Counted from the first letter of the stretch, positions 10,175-18,953 are shown. The stretch is DNA of 64,000 nt from Planctomycetota bacterium (GCA_965228735.1 OZ245838.1:192001-256000); one strand, 5' to 3'. Numbers and translations: made by a program. The notes: generated by a model from the letters alone, not told the origin.

Positions 10175-12247
10175 TCAGCGCTGCGTCGTCGGCGGCTCGA
10201 ACGGGTGCGCGAACGCCTGCGGCTGCACGTCGGCGATGAGCGAGCTGCGGCCCTGCTCGACGTCGTCGCCGACCTGGCCGACCAGGCCGCGCAGGCGCTC
10301 CATCTGCCAGAGGCCGGTGAGCAGCGCCGTGCCCTTGACCCGCGTCCGCAGCTGCTCGCACTGCAACGCGGCGACGTTCTGCTGGCTCACGTCGTTCTTC
10401 GCACCGTGATGACACAGCGCGAGCATCGTCGTGAGCTGTTCGATCACCTTACCGAGGCGCTGCAGCGGGATCTGCGCGCGCGTCAGCTCGAGCTGGAACC
10501 ACAGGTTGATTCCGAGGTAGGCCCAGCGCAGCCAGCGCAGCCGGGTCTCGGCGAAGCGCGCGTAGCCCGCGAGTCTCGGTGGCAGCAGCTGGTAGCGGGG
10601 GATCCACTGCGTCGGGAGCAGCAGCAGCGGCAGGCGGAACACTTCGACGATCAGGTTGACGACGATCCAGAGCACGAGCTTCCAGAACGACAGGTTCGTC
10701 AGCAGTCGCACCGTCGCGGTAGCCACGCGCCGCGGCTCGGAGAAGATCGTCAGCGGCGTGATCCGGAGGATGCGACGTTCGCGCGGGAGCGGCTTGCCGT
10801 CGGGCCCCATGTTGATCGACTGGATCACGCCGAGCATCCCGGCCATGTACTTGCTCGTGAAGCGATCCGTGACGTCCTTCACCATCCCCATGAGGATGAG
10901 GTCGTCCTCGCCCTCGACAACGCCGAACACATGCATGTTGCCGCGCGCGTCGTGCACGCGGGAATCCTTGTCGAACGAGCGGCCGCCGAGCACGCGCTCG
11001 CACGCGATCTGCGACTCGAGCGCCGACGTCGCGCACGCCGACTTCGTCAGGTCCCGCAGACCCGCGAGGTCGACCCCGCTCGCATCCTGCTGCAGCGACA
11101 GGTGACTCAGCGCGCGCGACTGCAGCGCGCCGCCGAGCATGCGTCCGAGGTGCTGCCGCGGCAGCTCGTGCTTGATGACCTTGCCGCCGACACCCTCGCG
11201 CGAGTTGGCGTAGTGCGCCGCGTCGGCTGCGAACATGCGCTGGTAGCCCGCCGACATCGCCGCGAGCATGCAGCGACCCATGCGCAGGCAGTAGAACAGC
11301 ACCTCGACGCCGTCGGCCTGGATCTGTTCATCGGCCTGCAGCGGGAAGTTGCCGAACGACAGCCTGGAGTTGTGGTTGGCCTCGAACACGCCGGTGTTCG
11401 AGCTCGTGCACGAGAACGTGTAGCCCTTGCCGTCGGCCTCGGTGACGTCCTGCTCGGGCAGTCTGGTGACGAACAGGCCGACCTTCTTGCCGGTCTCGCC
11501 GATGCGCGCCACGATCCCGACGAGCGCGCCGTGCGTCGCGTTGGTGATCCACAGCTTGTTGCGATCACCGGTCGCGTGCAGCCGGAACCCGCCGGTCTGC
11601 TCGTCGGGTTCGACGTAGGCCCGCACCTTCTTGGCGTTCACCCCGATGCCGACCTCCGTGAGCCCGAACGCCATGAGCTGACCCTCGGCGACCAGCGGCA
11701 GGAACGTCTTCTTCTGCGCGTCGGTGCCGTAGGCGAGCAGCGAACCTGCGCCGATCGTTAGCTCGCCCGAGATCTCGACCGCGAGCGGGCCGAGGCCGTT
11801 GGCCGCGAGCGCTTCCTCGGCGAGCGCGAGCTCGACGTAGGGGGCATCCAGTCCGCCGAACTCCGCGGGCACCGTGAAGCCGTAGCCGCCGGCCGCCGCG
11901 ACCGCCTGCCGCAGCTCGCTCGACAGCTTGCCGTCCGCGGTGAACGCCTCGCCGCGCTCGAGCGTCGCCAGCGCCGCGTCGATCACGGGCTTGCCCGTGC
12001 CGGCCGTCCCGTTGGCCGCGACGGCGCCGCTCTGCAGCTCGGCCGTCTCCGGTTGCGGGCCGTAGATCAACCGTTCGACCAGGCTTTGCTTGGTGCGACC
12101 GAGGCGCACGGCGGCCTGCTTGGCCGCGTCGTCGAGCGCGCCGACGTCGCGCGCCGATTCGGCGTCACCCGCGGCCGCGAGCGCCTGCGCGGCGGTCGAG
12201 GACGGGGTCGGGGAAGTGGATTCGGTTGGGGTGGAGTGGGTCGTCAC
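10175..12247 (-). CDS. Acyl-CoA dehydrogenase family protein with extended C-terminus
   Basis: VPAEFGGL, YGTDAQKKTFLP, AFGLTE, KLWITNA, LGGRSF, VVEGEDD. Confidence 0.85.
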   Translation of the reverse strand: MTTHSTPTESTSPTPSSTAAQALAAAGDAESARDVGALDDAAKQAAVRLGRTKQSLVERLIYGPQPETAELQSGAVAANGTAGTGKPVIDAALATLERGEAFTADGKLSSELRQAVAAAGGYGFTVPAEFGGLDAPYVELALAEEALAANGLGPLAVEISGELTIGAGSLLAYGTDAQKKTFLPLVAEGQLMAFGLTEVGIGVNAKKVRAYVEPDEQTGGFRLHATGDRNKLWITNATHGALVGIVARIGETGKKVGLFVTRLPEQDVTEADGKGYTFSCTSSNTGVFEANHNSRLSFGNFPLQADEQIQADGVEVLFYCLRMGRCMLAAMSAGYQRMFAADAAHYANSREGVGGKVIKHELPRQHLGRMLGGALQSRALSHLSLQQDASGVDLAGLRDLTKSACATSALESQIACERVLGGRSFDKDSRVHDARGNMHVFGVVEGEDDLILMGMVKDVTDRFTSKYMAGMLGVIQSINMGPDGKPLPRERRILRITPLTIFSEPRRVATATVRLLTNLSFWKLVLWIVVNLIVEVFRLPLLLLPTQWIPRYQLLPPRLAGYARFAETRLRWLRWAYLGINLWFQLELTRAQIPLQRLGKVIEQLTTMLALCHHGAKNDVSQQNVAALQCEQLRTRVKGTALLTGLWQMERLRGLVGQVGDDVEQGRSSLIADVQPQAFAHPFEPPTTQR

Positions 12248-12458
12248 GGCGGCGTTTCGGGCGCACCATCGTGCCCGCTCCGAGCGCGGAGGGAAAGAGC
12301 GCTGGCGCGTCTTGCCGACCGATTCATCGTCGGCCGGCAGCGCCCCCCGACGCGACCCGCAGCGTCGAGCGCGGGGCCGCTCGAACCTGGAGTTGTGTCG
12401 CGGCCCGCGCTAGACTATTCGGCCCGAAACTCAACCCAGACCCCACAGAACACCAGGC

Positions 12459-13070
12459 ATGACGCAGATTACGACGACCCAGATCGGTCAGGAACTTCCC
12501 GAGTTCGAGCTCGAGACGTTCGACCCCACGACCAAGGACTTCGCGAAGTTCAGCCTCGCGGAGGCCAAGAAGAACGGCAAGTGGACCTTGCTGATGTTCT
12601 ACCCCGCCGACTTCACGTTCGTCTGCGCCACCGAGTTCGCCGCCCTGGCGGAGCAGCACGCCGCACTCAAGGAGCTCGGCTGCGAGGTGCTGACCGTCAG
12701 CACCGACACCAAGTTCACGCACCTCGCGTGGCAGCGCCACGAGGGCGAACTGCAGAACGTGACCTACCAGATGGCCGCGGACCCGACGGGCAAGATCTCG
12801 CGGATGTTCGGGGTCTACCTCGAGGACGCGGGCGTGGCGCTGCGCGGCACGTTCCTGATCAGCCCGGAGGGCAAGCTGGCCTCGGCCGAGATCAACCAGC
12901 TCAACATCGGCCGCAACATGGAGGAGCTGACCCGCAAGGTCACCGCCTTCGTGCACTTCAGCAAGCTGCCGGCCGAAGCCTGCCCGGCGACCTGGAAGAA
13001 GGCCGGCGACAAGAGCCTGAAGCCCGGCGCGAACCTCGTCGGCAACGTGCACCAGGCCATGAACGGCTAG
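12459..13070 (+). CDS. ahpC: Peroxiredoxin AhpC/Prx1, cysteine form
   Basis: FYPADFTFVCATE peroxidatic motif, LRGTFLI, IGRN, resolving EACPATW. Candidate -10 TAGACT at 12411-12416. Confidence 0.95.
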   Translation: MTQITTTQIGQELPEFELETFDPTTKDFAKFSLAEAKKNGKWTLLMFYPADFTFVCATEFAALAEQHAALKELGCEVLTVSTDTKFTHLAWQRHEGELQNVTYQMAADPTGKISRMFGVYLEDAGVALRGTFLISPEGKLASAEINQLNIGRNMEELTRKVTAFVHFSKLPAEACPATWKKAGDKSLKPGANLVGNVHQAMNG

Positions 13071-13081
13071 GGGCCGATCCC

Positions 13082-13114
13082 GCGGCGGAGTCGGGAATCC
13101 GATCCCGCCGCCGC
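13082..13114 (+). terminator. GC-rich hairpin between the two peroxiredoxin genes
   Basis: GCGGCGG-AG-TCGG-GAAT-CCGA-TC-CCGCCGC inverted repeat just after the ahpC stop; no U-tract. Confidence 0.45.
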
Positions 13115-13126
13115 TATCGTGAGGGC

Positions 13127-13729
13127 ATGACCGAGACCTCGATCTTGCAGGTCGGGCAGGAAGTGCCCGACTTCTCACTCACGACCTACGATCCGAAGAC
13201 CAAGGGCTTCGCAGAGTTCAAGCTCAGCGAAGCCAAGAAGAACGGCAAGTGGACGCTGCTGTTCTTCTACCCGGCCGACTACACGTTCGTTTGAGCGACC
13301 GAATTCGCTGCTCTGGCAGAGCAGCAAGAACGGTTTGCGAAGATGGGCTGCGAGGTCGTCACCGTCAGCGCGGACACGCAGTTCGTGCACCTGGCGTGGC
13401 AGCGTGAGGAGAAGGACCTGGCGAACGTCCAGTTCCAGATGGGCTCCGATCGCAACGGCGACCTCGCCAAGCAGTTCGGCATCTGGAACGGCGGGTTCTG
13501 CCTGCGCGGCACCTACCTGATTGCGCCGAACGGCACCCTGATGAACGCGGAGGTCAACTTCCTCAACCTCGGCCGCAACATCGACGAGATCATGCGGAAG
13601 TTCAAAGCCAACATCTACCTCGGCAAGAAGCCCAACGAGGGCTGCCCGTCGAAGTGGAAGGACGATGGCGACGCGACGCTGACGCCCGGCCCGGAGATGG
13701 TCGGTCGCGTCCACCAGGCGCACAACTGA
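13127..13729 (+). CDS. ahpC: Peroxiredoxin AhpC, predicted selenoprotein (Sec56 at TGA 13292-13294), 200 aa
   Basis: ATG 13127 gives ...FYPADYTFV-TGA-ATEFAALAEQ... in frame with ORF 13343..13729. The TGA aligns with the peroxidatic Cys of the upstream paralogue, and similarity continues to the resolving EGCPSKW. Confidence 0.92.
13298..13334 (+). promoter_or_regulatory. Candidate bacterial SECIS of Sec-AhpC
   Basis: ACCG-aa-TTC-GCTGCTC-[TGGCA]-GAGCAGC-aa-GAA-CGGT hairpin. The loop starts 19 nt after the UGA, with G at loop position 2. Confidence 0.8.
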
Positions 13730-13739
13730 GGGCCTGTCG

Positions 13740-13808
13740 ACGGGACGCCGGCTTCGCCGACGTCCCGTTCGCACCGACCGCGGCCGGCGCGTCCGCCGGC
13801 GCGGTCGC
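13740..13808 (+). terminator. Two GC-rich hairpins after Sec-ahpC
   Basis: GGGACGcCGGC-TTC-GCCGaCGTCCC and CGACCGCG...CGCGGTCG inverted repeats. Confidence 0.4.
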
Positions 13809-13887
13809 GTCGGGTCCGGAGTGTCCAGAACTTGTATTCCGAGGTCGGCGGGATGGCGGTCCGCGACGTCTGGCTTAGCTTGCCGAA

Positions 13888-14862
13888 ATGGTCAGCAAGC
13901 ATTTCAGCATCGTCGCGGCCGCGCTGTTCGGCGCCGCCGCGGTCCAGGCGCAGATCCCGGCCGGGTCGCCCGCGCCGGAGTTCGAGTTCAAGACCGTGCT
14001 CAACGACGGTCCGGAGTCGTTCGAGGACCTCGCGGGTCGCGTGGTCGTCATCGACTTCGGCGAGACCTGGTGAGGCCCTTGCCGAGCAGGCGTCCCGAAG
14101 CTGAATTCTCTGCACGAGAAGTACAGTGATCGGGGGCTGCTCATCTTGGGCGTGTCCCGAGAGAGTGAGAGCAAAGTCCAGGATGTCTTCATCGACCAGC
14201 TGGGTGCGAAGTACCCGATCGTGCTGGTCGATGGCTCCGTGAATCAGAACTACGGCGTGCGCGCCTATCCAACGATGTACATCGTCGCGCCGGATGGCAC
14301 CGTGCACTCCAAGGCGCGACCGACCGAGGCCGTGATCGAAGAACTGCTGCCGCAGGTCTCGCTCGCGCCGAAGTTGCCGGAGGGTTCGCAGTACGACGCG
14401 TTGCGTCGGCTGTGGGACAAGAAGGACCACGCCAAGATTCGCGATTACCTCGCCAAGATGTTGGGCCAGGAGAACCTCGACGCGGATCTGCGTGCGGTGT
14501 TCACGGCGCAGCAGGAAGAACTCGACAAGCGCGTGCAGCGCGCGAAGGCGAGCATCGTCAAATACGCGAAGGGGCCGAACTACTATCGTTCCAAGCAGAA
14601 GCTCGAGGACCTCACCGCGGCCTGGAAGGGCTTCGACTTCGTCGAGCAGGCAGAAGCCGAGCTGAAGCGCTTCAAGTCCGACAGCGACATCAAGCGCGAG
14701 ATCCGCGCGGGCATGGCGCTGGCGAAACTCATGGGGCGCTACGACACCTCGAGCCAGAGCCAAGCCGACAAGCTCGGGGAGCAACTCGAGAAGTTCATGG
14801 AGTCGAAGAAGTTCGCGGGCACCTGGGCGGCGGAAGAAGCGCGCAAGCGCCTGAGTCGCTGA
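13888..14862 (+). CDS. Exported TlpA/ResA-like thioredoxin-fold protein with UxxC motif (Sec at TGA 14071-14073) and helical C-terminal domain, 324 aa
   Basis: Signal peptide (...AAAVQA/Q), GSPAPEF, GRVVVIDFGETW-TGA-GPCRAGVPKLNSLHEKY..RGLLILGVS, YGVRAYPTMYIVAPDG. ORFs 13888..14073 and 14146..14862 are in the same frame. Confidence 0.88.
14084..14142 (+). promoter_or_regulatory. Candidate bacterial SECIS of the TlpA-like selenoprotein
   Basis: Long hairpin: GAGCAG/CTGCTC, CCCGA/TCGGG, GCTG/CAGT, TTCTC-[TGCAC]-GAGAA. The loop starts 37 nt after the UGA, with G at loop position 2. Confidence 0.65.
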
Positions 14863-14873
14863 GCCGCGGCCGC

Positions 14874-15641
14874 GTGCAGCTGCTCGTGATTCGTCGGGGT
14901 GGCCTCGGCGACACGCTGCTCACGCTGCCGCTGCTGCGGTGCCTGCGTCGCGCGCACCCGCGCGCGACGCTGACGCTCGCGGGCATCGAGGAGTTCGCCG
15001 CACCGCTGCTGGCGCACGGCGCCGTCGACGCGGTGCGCTCGGTCGAGACCCTGCCGCTGTGGCGACCCGAAGCGGCGTCGGCTGCGCTCGCCGAGTTCGA
15101 TCACGTCGTCGCCGACGTGCCCGGGCTGCCCGGCGCCGTCGAACTGCGGCCACACGAGTTCGAGCCCGGCGCACCTGCCGGCCTGCAGCTGGCCAGGCAG
15201 GCGGGTCACGAGCCGGACTGGCCGCGTGATGCGTGGTTGGTCGAGCCGCGCCCGAGCGGGTGTCCCGCCGGCCCGATCGTGCTCGCGCCGGGCAGCGGCG
15301 GGCGGCACAAGTGCCATCCGCGCGAGCACTGGCTCGAGCTGGCTGCGAGCCTCGCGCCAGCAAGGCTCGTCGTGGTCGTCGGACCGACCGAGGTCGAACG
15401 CGACGATCCGCGGGGTTGGCCTTGGCCCGGCGGTGCGAACGGCGCACCCGGGTTCTTCGTCGATCGACCCGTCGCGGAGCTCGCGACGTTGCTCACGAAC
15501 GCCCGCGCGTTCTACGGCCACGACAGCGGTCCTTCCCATCTCGCCGCGATGCTCGGCGTCCCGACGACGGTGTTCTTCGTCGCGACCGATCCCGTGGTCT
15601 GGGCGCCGGTCGGGCCGCACGTCACGGTGCTCGGGCCGTAG
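14874..15641 (+). CDS. Glycosyltransferase family 9 (heptosyltransferase-like)
   Basis: GTG start; LLVIRRGGLGDTLLTLP, LAPGSGG, GHDSGPSHLAAMLGVPT, WAP. Confidence 0.85.
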   Translation: MQLLVIRRGGLGDTLLTLPLLRCLRRAHPRATLTLAGIEEFAAPLLAHGAVDAVRSVETLPLWRPEAASAALAEFDHVVADVPGLPGAVELRPHEFEPGAPAGLQLARQAGHEPDWPRDAWLVEPRPSGCPAGPIVLAPGSGGRHKCHPREHWLELAASLAPARLVVVVGPTEVERDDPRGWPWPGGANGAPGFFVDRPVAELATLLTNARAFYGHDSGPSHLAAMLGVPTTVFFVATDPVVWAPVGPHVTVLGP

Positions 15642-15665
15642 ACCAAACCCGCCGGATCGCGCGCG

Positions 15666-16712
15666 CTACCCGGCGTTCGCGGCCTTCGCCGGCCGCACGC
15701 GCGCGAGCAGTTCGCTGCCGATGCCGGCGAACGTGCGGTGGTTGAGCGGGAACTCGAGCAGCACGTGCAGCAGGCTCAGGAACAGCAGCCACCGCAGCCC
15801 CGTGACGTAGTCCAGCGCGTAGAGCCCGATCGACGCGAGCCACAGCACCACGATCGCCGCGATGCGCGCCTTGCCGACCTCGTGCCAGCCGATGATCGAC
15901 GTCTTGGAGAACCAGTTGAGGTAGTGGTAGGTGTAGGCGAACCCGATGAAACGGCCGATCTGCACGCCGAGCGGATCCGTGAACACCTCGCTCGCGTCCT
16001 GGAACGGGTAGAATTGCGCTGCCTCGGGCTGAGCACCCGTGCGGCTCGCGATCGCGTCCGCGAAGCCGAGATCCGCCGCGAGAAAGCCGTGCATCGGCGT
16101 GAACTCGGCATAGGCCTCGTGCGCGTAGTCCGTCGCCACGTAGCCGAGCATGCCGGGGTCGAGGAACAGCGCGGTCGCGCCGCACGCGACGAACACGAGG
16201 AGCGACGAATGTGCCGTCAGGCTGCGCTGCTTGAGCGCGCCGTAGAGCACGAATGCGCCCGTGAACACGAACACGTGGATCACGGTCGGCAGGTAGATGC
16301 CGAACCAGATGGTCGTCACCGGCGAGCCGTGCATGAGGAACGCGACGACGGCGAACGCGGCCAGGGCGGTGCCGCGCAGCACGTTGTCCTTGATCAGCGC
16401 GAGCGTGAACCCGACGCCGAACGAGAACAGCAGCAGGCTGTGCGCCCAGCCGACGAGGGCGGGGGTCGGGTACGCGATGGCGGTCAGTGTCAGCGCGCTG
16501 ATCGCGGCCGCGAGGCCGAGCAGCGGCCACCAGTCGCGCTTGTTCTGCGTGAAGCACTGGCGGTCGTGCAGCCACGAGATCTGCGTCAGGTAGTGCAGCG
16601 GGCCGAGCACCGCGTAGGCCAGCAGAAACGTCTCGAACGGCACGACCATCGCGACCGCCAACGAGGCCAGCATGAGGCCGATGTTGAGCAGGTTGATGCG
16701 CGCGAGACTCAT
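15666..16712 (-). CDS. Polytopic membrane protein of unknown function with several His motifs
   Basis: About 9 TM segments; GPLHYLTQISWLH, IHVFVFTG, YHYLNWFSKT, LHVLLEFPLNH. Confidence 0.7.
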   Translation of the reverse strand: MSLARINLLNIGLMLASLAVAMVVPFETFLLAYAVLGPLHYLTQISWLHDRQCFTQNKRDWWPLLGLAAAISALTLTAIAYPTPALVGWAHSLLLFSFGVGFTLALIKDNVLRGTALAAFAVVAFLMHGSPVTTIWFGIYLPTVIHVFVFTGAFVLYGALKQRSLTAHSSLLVFVACGATALFLDPGMLGYVATDYAHEAYAEFTPMHGFLAADLGFADAIASRTGAQPEAAQFYPFQDASEVFTDPLGVQIGRFIGFAYTYHYLNWFSKTSIIGWHEVGKARIAAIVVLWLASIGLYALDYVTGLRWLLFLSLLHVLLEFPLNHRTFAGIGSELLARVRPAKAANAG

Positions 16713-16719
16713 CGCGATC

Positions 16720-17187
16720 TCACGGTAGCGCCGCGCGGACCCGCCGCCAGTAGCGGTCGGTCGCGCTCTTGCTCGGCCCCGTCGGGCCGCCGTTGTGCGT
16801 GCGCGCGATGGTCTCGGCGTCGTTGCTGGCCCAGGCCGCCGCGGCGTAGCGTTCCATGTAGGCCGCGATCACGCGTTCGGCGTAGGCGCGGCGCCGGCAG
16901 TCGTCGTAGCTGCCGCCGAGTTCGGGGTCGTGGCCCGTCGCGTCGAGCCAGTAGCCGCGGTGGATCTGGTAGGGGCCGATCGCGCGGCCGCCGTCGCCGT
17001 CCGGTGGGGCGTCGTTCCAGCGCGACTCGACCCAGCGGATCGCGTCGAGGATCTCGCGCCGGCTCCAGCTGCCGGCGCGCACGCTGTCGTTCCACCACAC
17101 CAGCGCAGAGAGCACGAGCACCGCGAGCGCCGTCGCGATGCCGCGCCGCAACGTGCGGCGGCGGAGCTTCCGACGCCGGCGCGTCAT
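16720..17187 (-). CDS. Membrane-anchored lysozyme-like protein (i-type/destabilase-like)
   Basis: ATG 17187 overlaps the EamA stop. Arg-rich N-terminus plus TM helix, then AIRWVES, GPYQIHRGYWLDA, YMERYA, ARTHNGGPTG, TDRYWRRV. Confidence 0.75.
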   Translation of the reverse strand: MTRRRRKLRRRTLRRGIATALAVLVLSALVWWNDSVRAGSWSRREILDAIRWVESRWNDAPPDGDGGRAIGPYQIHRGYWLDATGHDPELGGSYDDCRRRAYAERVIAAYMERYAAAAWASNDAETIARTHNGGPTGPSKSATDRYWRRVRAALP

Positions 17188-18068
17188 CGTCGCGTCACCA
17201 CGAGCACGATGCCAAGGACGACGAGCGCGGTGCCGATCCACGCCTCGGTGTCGATCGTGCCGTCGCCGACGAGCGCGCCGAGCAACATCGCGACGACCGG
17301 GGTCACGTACGTGATGAGCGCGAGCTTGGACGCGGGCGTCGTGCGCAGCAGCCAGAAGTAGACGCCGAACGTCATCGCCGTGCCGAGCAGCGCGAGATAC
17401 CCGAGCGCCGCGATCCCTCGCGGCGTCCACTCGGTATCGAGCGGGCGTTCGAACGCGAAGGCCAGCACGAACAGCAGCGCGGCGCCGAACAGCATGCCGT
17501 TGCGGTTGAGGATGACGGAGCTCGACTCGCTGCCGTACTTCTTCACGAGCGTCGTGCCCGTGCAGGCGACGAACGGACTGCAGAGCAGCAGCAGCGAGTA
17601 GCCGAGGTTGCCGCTGTCGATGTCGCCCAGACCGCCGCCGAAGACGGTGACGATGCCGAAGAACGCGACGAGCGTGCCGATCACCTGCTGCCGGTGCAGC
17701 CGTTCGTCGAGGAAGAGCACGCCGCTGACCGCCATGAGCAGCGGGAAGATGCCCCAGAGCACCGCGGCCGGGCCGGAGGGCACCACGAGCTCCGCGACGT
17801 AGAGGATCGCGTAGCCGCCGGCGAAGTTCGTGAGCCCCGAGACGCACCAGAGCCAGGTGGGCGGCGCGGGCGCGCGTTCCCGCCGCTGCAACCAGGGCGC
17901 GACGGCCGCCATCGCGAGGGCCGCGACGAGGAACCGTACCGCGGCCGACGTGAGCGGCGGCTGTTCTTCGAGGCAGATGCGGATGCCGTACCACGTGCTG
18001 CCCCAGACCACGCAGAGCACAGCGATCGCGAGGGACGTCGTCCAGCTGGCGGCGGGCGGGCGAGGCAT
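17184..18068 (-). CDS. EamA/DMT family transporter
   Basis: LCVVWGSTW, PPLTSAAVRF, about 10 TM segments, YVTPVVAMLLG. Confidence 0.9.
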   Translation of the reverse strand: MPRPPAASWTTSLAIAVLCVVWGSTWYGIRICLEEQPPLTSAAVRFLVAALAMAAVAPWLQRRERAPAPPTWLWCVSGLTNFAGGYAILYVAELVVPSGPAAVLWGIFPLLMAVSGVLFLDERLHRQQVIGTLVAFFGIVTVFGGGLGDIDSGNLGYSLLLLCSPFVACTGTTLVKKYGSESSSVILNRNGMLFGAALLFVLAFAFERPLDTEWTPRGIAALGYLALLGTAMTFGVYFWLLRTTPASKLALITYVTPVVAMLLGALVGDGTIDTEAWIGTALVVLGIVLVVTRR

Positions 18069-18151
18069 GCGGCGACGTTGTATGCGGCGGGACCGTTGTT
18101 CGCCAATCGGGCGTTCGCCATTCGGGTTTCGTCGGCGCTACACTCGCGCGC

Positions 18152-18781
18152 GTGATTCGCGCTTCGCTGTCGATCCTCGTCGCCTCTGCCGTCGCTCTCT
18201 CGCTGGCGTTCACCGGCCGTCCCGATCCCGGCCCAGCAGTGATGCGTATGCAGGACCCCGTGCCGACCCCGACGCCTGCAGAGCTGAAACGGGCGACGGA
18301 CGTCGCCGGCCCGGGCGAACCGCACGCGATGCTCGCCCGCCTCGTCGGCACCTGGGACCTCGCGATCCGCATGACCTCCGCGGCCGGCGAGACGACCGAC
18401 GAGGTCGGCTCGGTCGTCGGCAAGATCATCCTCGGCGGCCGCTTCGTCGTGCTGAACTACCGCTTCACGATGGGGGACGAGTCGGTCGAAGGCGTCCAGA
18501 TCCTCGGCTTCGATCGCCTGCGCCAGCACGTGACGTCATCGTGGCGCGACGACCACAGCACGTGGTCGGTCGAATGCGCCGGCGCGCTCGACCCCAAGGC
18601 GCCCGAACGCATTCAGCTGCGCGGTCAGCTGCACGACACGACGACCCCGGGCGGCCGCGCGTTCCGCATGGCGCTGACGCTGCCGGCCGAGGGCGGCGAC
18701 CGTGTCGCGGTGTCGCTGCACGACACCCGTGACGTGAGGGAAGTGTTGGTCCAGACCCAGGAGTGGACGCGACGGCGGTGA
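18152..18781 (+). CDS. Exported DUF1579-like protein
   Basis: Signal-like N-terminus; PGEPHAMLARLVGTW, ILGGRFV, EGVQILGFD, SSWRDD. Confidence 0.7.
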   Translation: MIRASLSILVASAVALSLAFTGRPDPGPAVMRMQDPVPTPTPAELKRATDVAGPGEPHAMLARLVGTWDLAIRMTSAAGETTDEVGSVVGKIILGGRFVVLNYRFTMGDESVEGVQILGFDRLRQHVTSSWRDDHSTWSVECAGALDPKAPERIQLRGQLHDTTTPGGRAFRMALTLPAEGGDRVAVSLHDTRDVREVLVQTQEWTRRR

Positions 18782-18825
18782 GGGCGGTTCGACGTGACGG
18801 TGCGAAGAAGGCTGAACTTCGGGGC

Positions 18826-18854
18826 TTGACGACACCCCAAGTCCGTGGCACCCT
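18826..18854 (+). promoter_or_regulatory. Candidate sigma70-type promoter of the trp operon
   Basis: TTGACG (18826-18831), 17-nt spacer ending TGG, then CACCCT (18849-18854). Confidence 0.55.
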
Positions 18855-18860
18855 CCCCGC

Positions 18861-18953
18861 GTGAACTCCCTCCCGGCCAACTCGACCCACGCGATGAGCG
18901 CCTGGCGTTGGTGGTGGACCGCATCCTGCGGGCGGCCCGGGTTCACGCGCTGA
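18861..18953 (+). CDS. trpL: trp operon leader peptide (M)NSLPANSTHAMSAWRWWWTASCGRPGFTR
   Basis: Four Trp codons within five codons (18903-18917), upstream of a terminator and trpE. Start is GTG 18861 or ATG 18894. Confidence 0.88.
   Translation: MNSLPANSTHAMSAWRWWWTASCGRPGFTR

Noticed and set aside
13292..14073. Genome-wide UGA reassignment (code 4/25) as the cause of the in-frame TGAs
   Set aside because: TGA is the normal stop for most genes here (trp operon ATGA overlaps, dnaE2, korA). The two internal TGAs fall only at catalytic Cys positions.
14074..14094. Short hairpin with CGA loop right after the TlpA UGA as the SECIS
   Set aside because: The loop is only 9 nt from the UGA and competes with the longer 14084-14142 stem.
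13127..14862. Calling the two TGA-containing genes pseudogenes
   Set aside because: There are no other lesions, downstream motifs are intact, and SECIS-like hairpins follow both TGAs.
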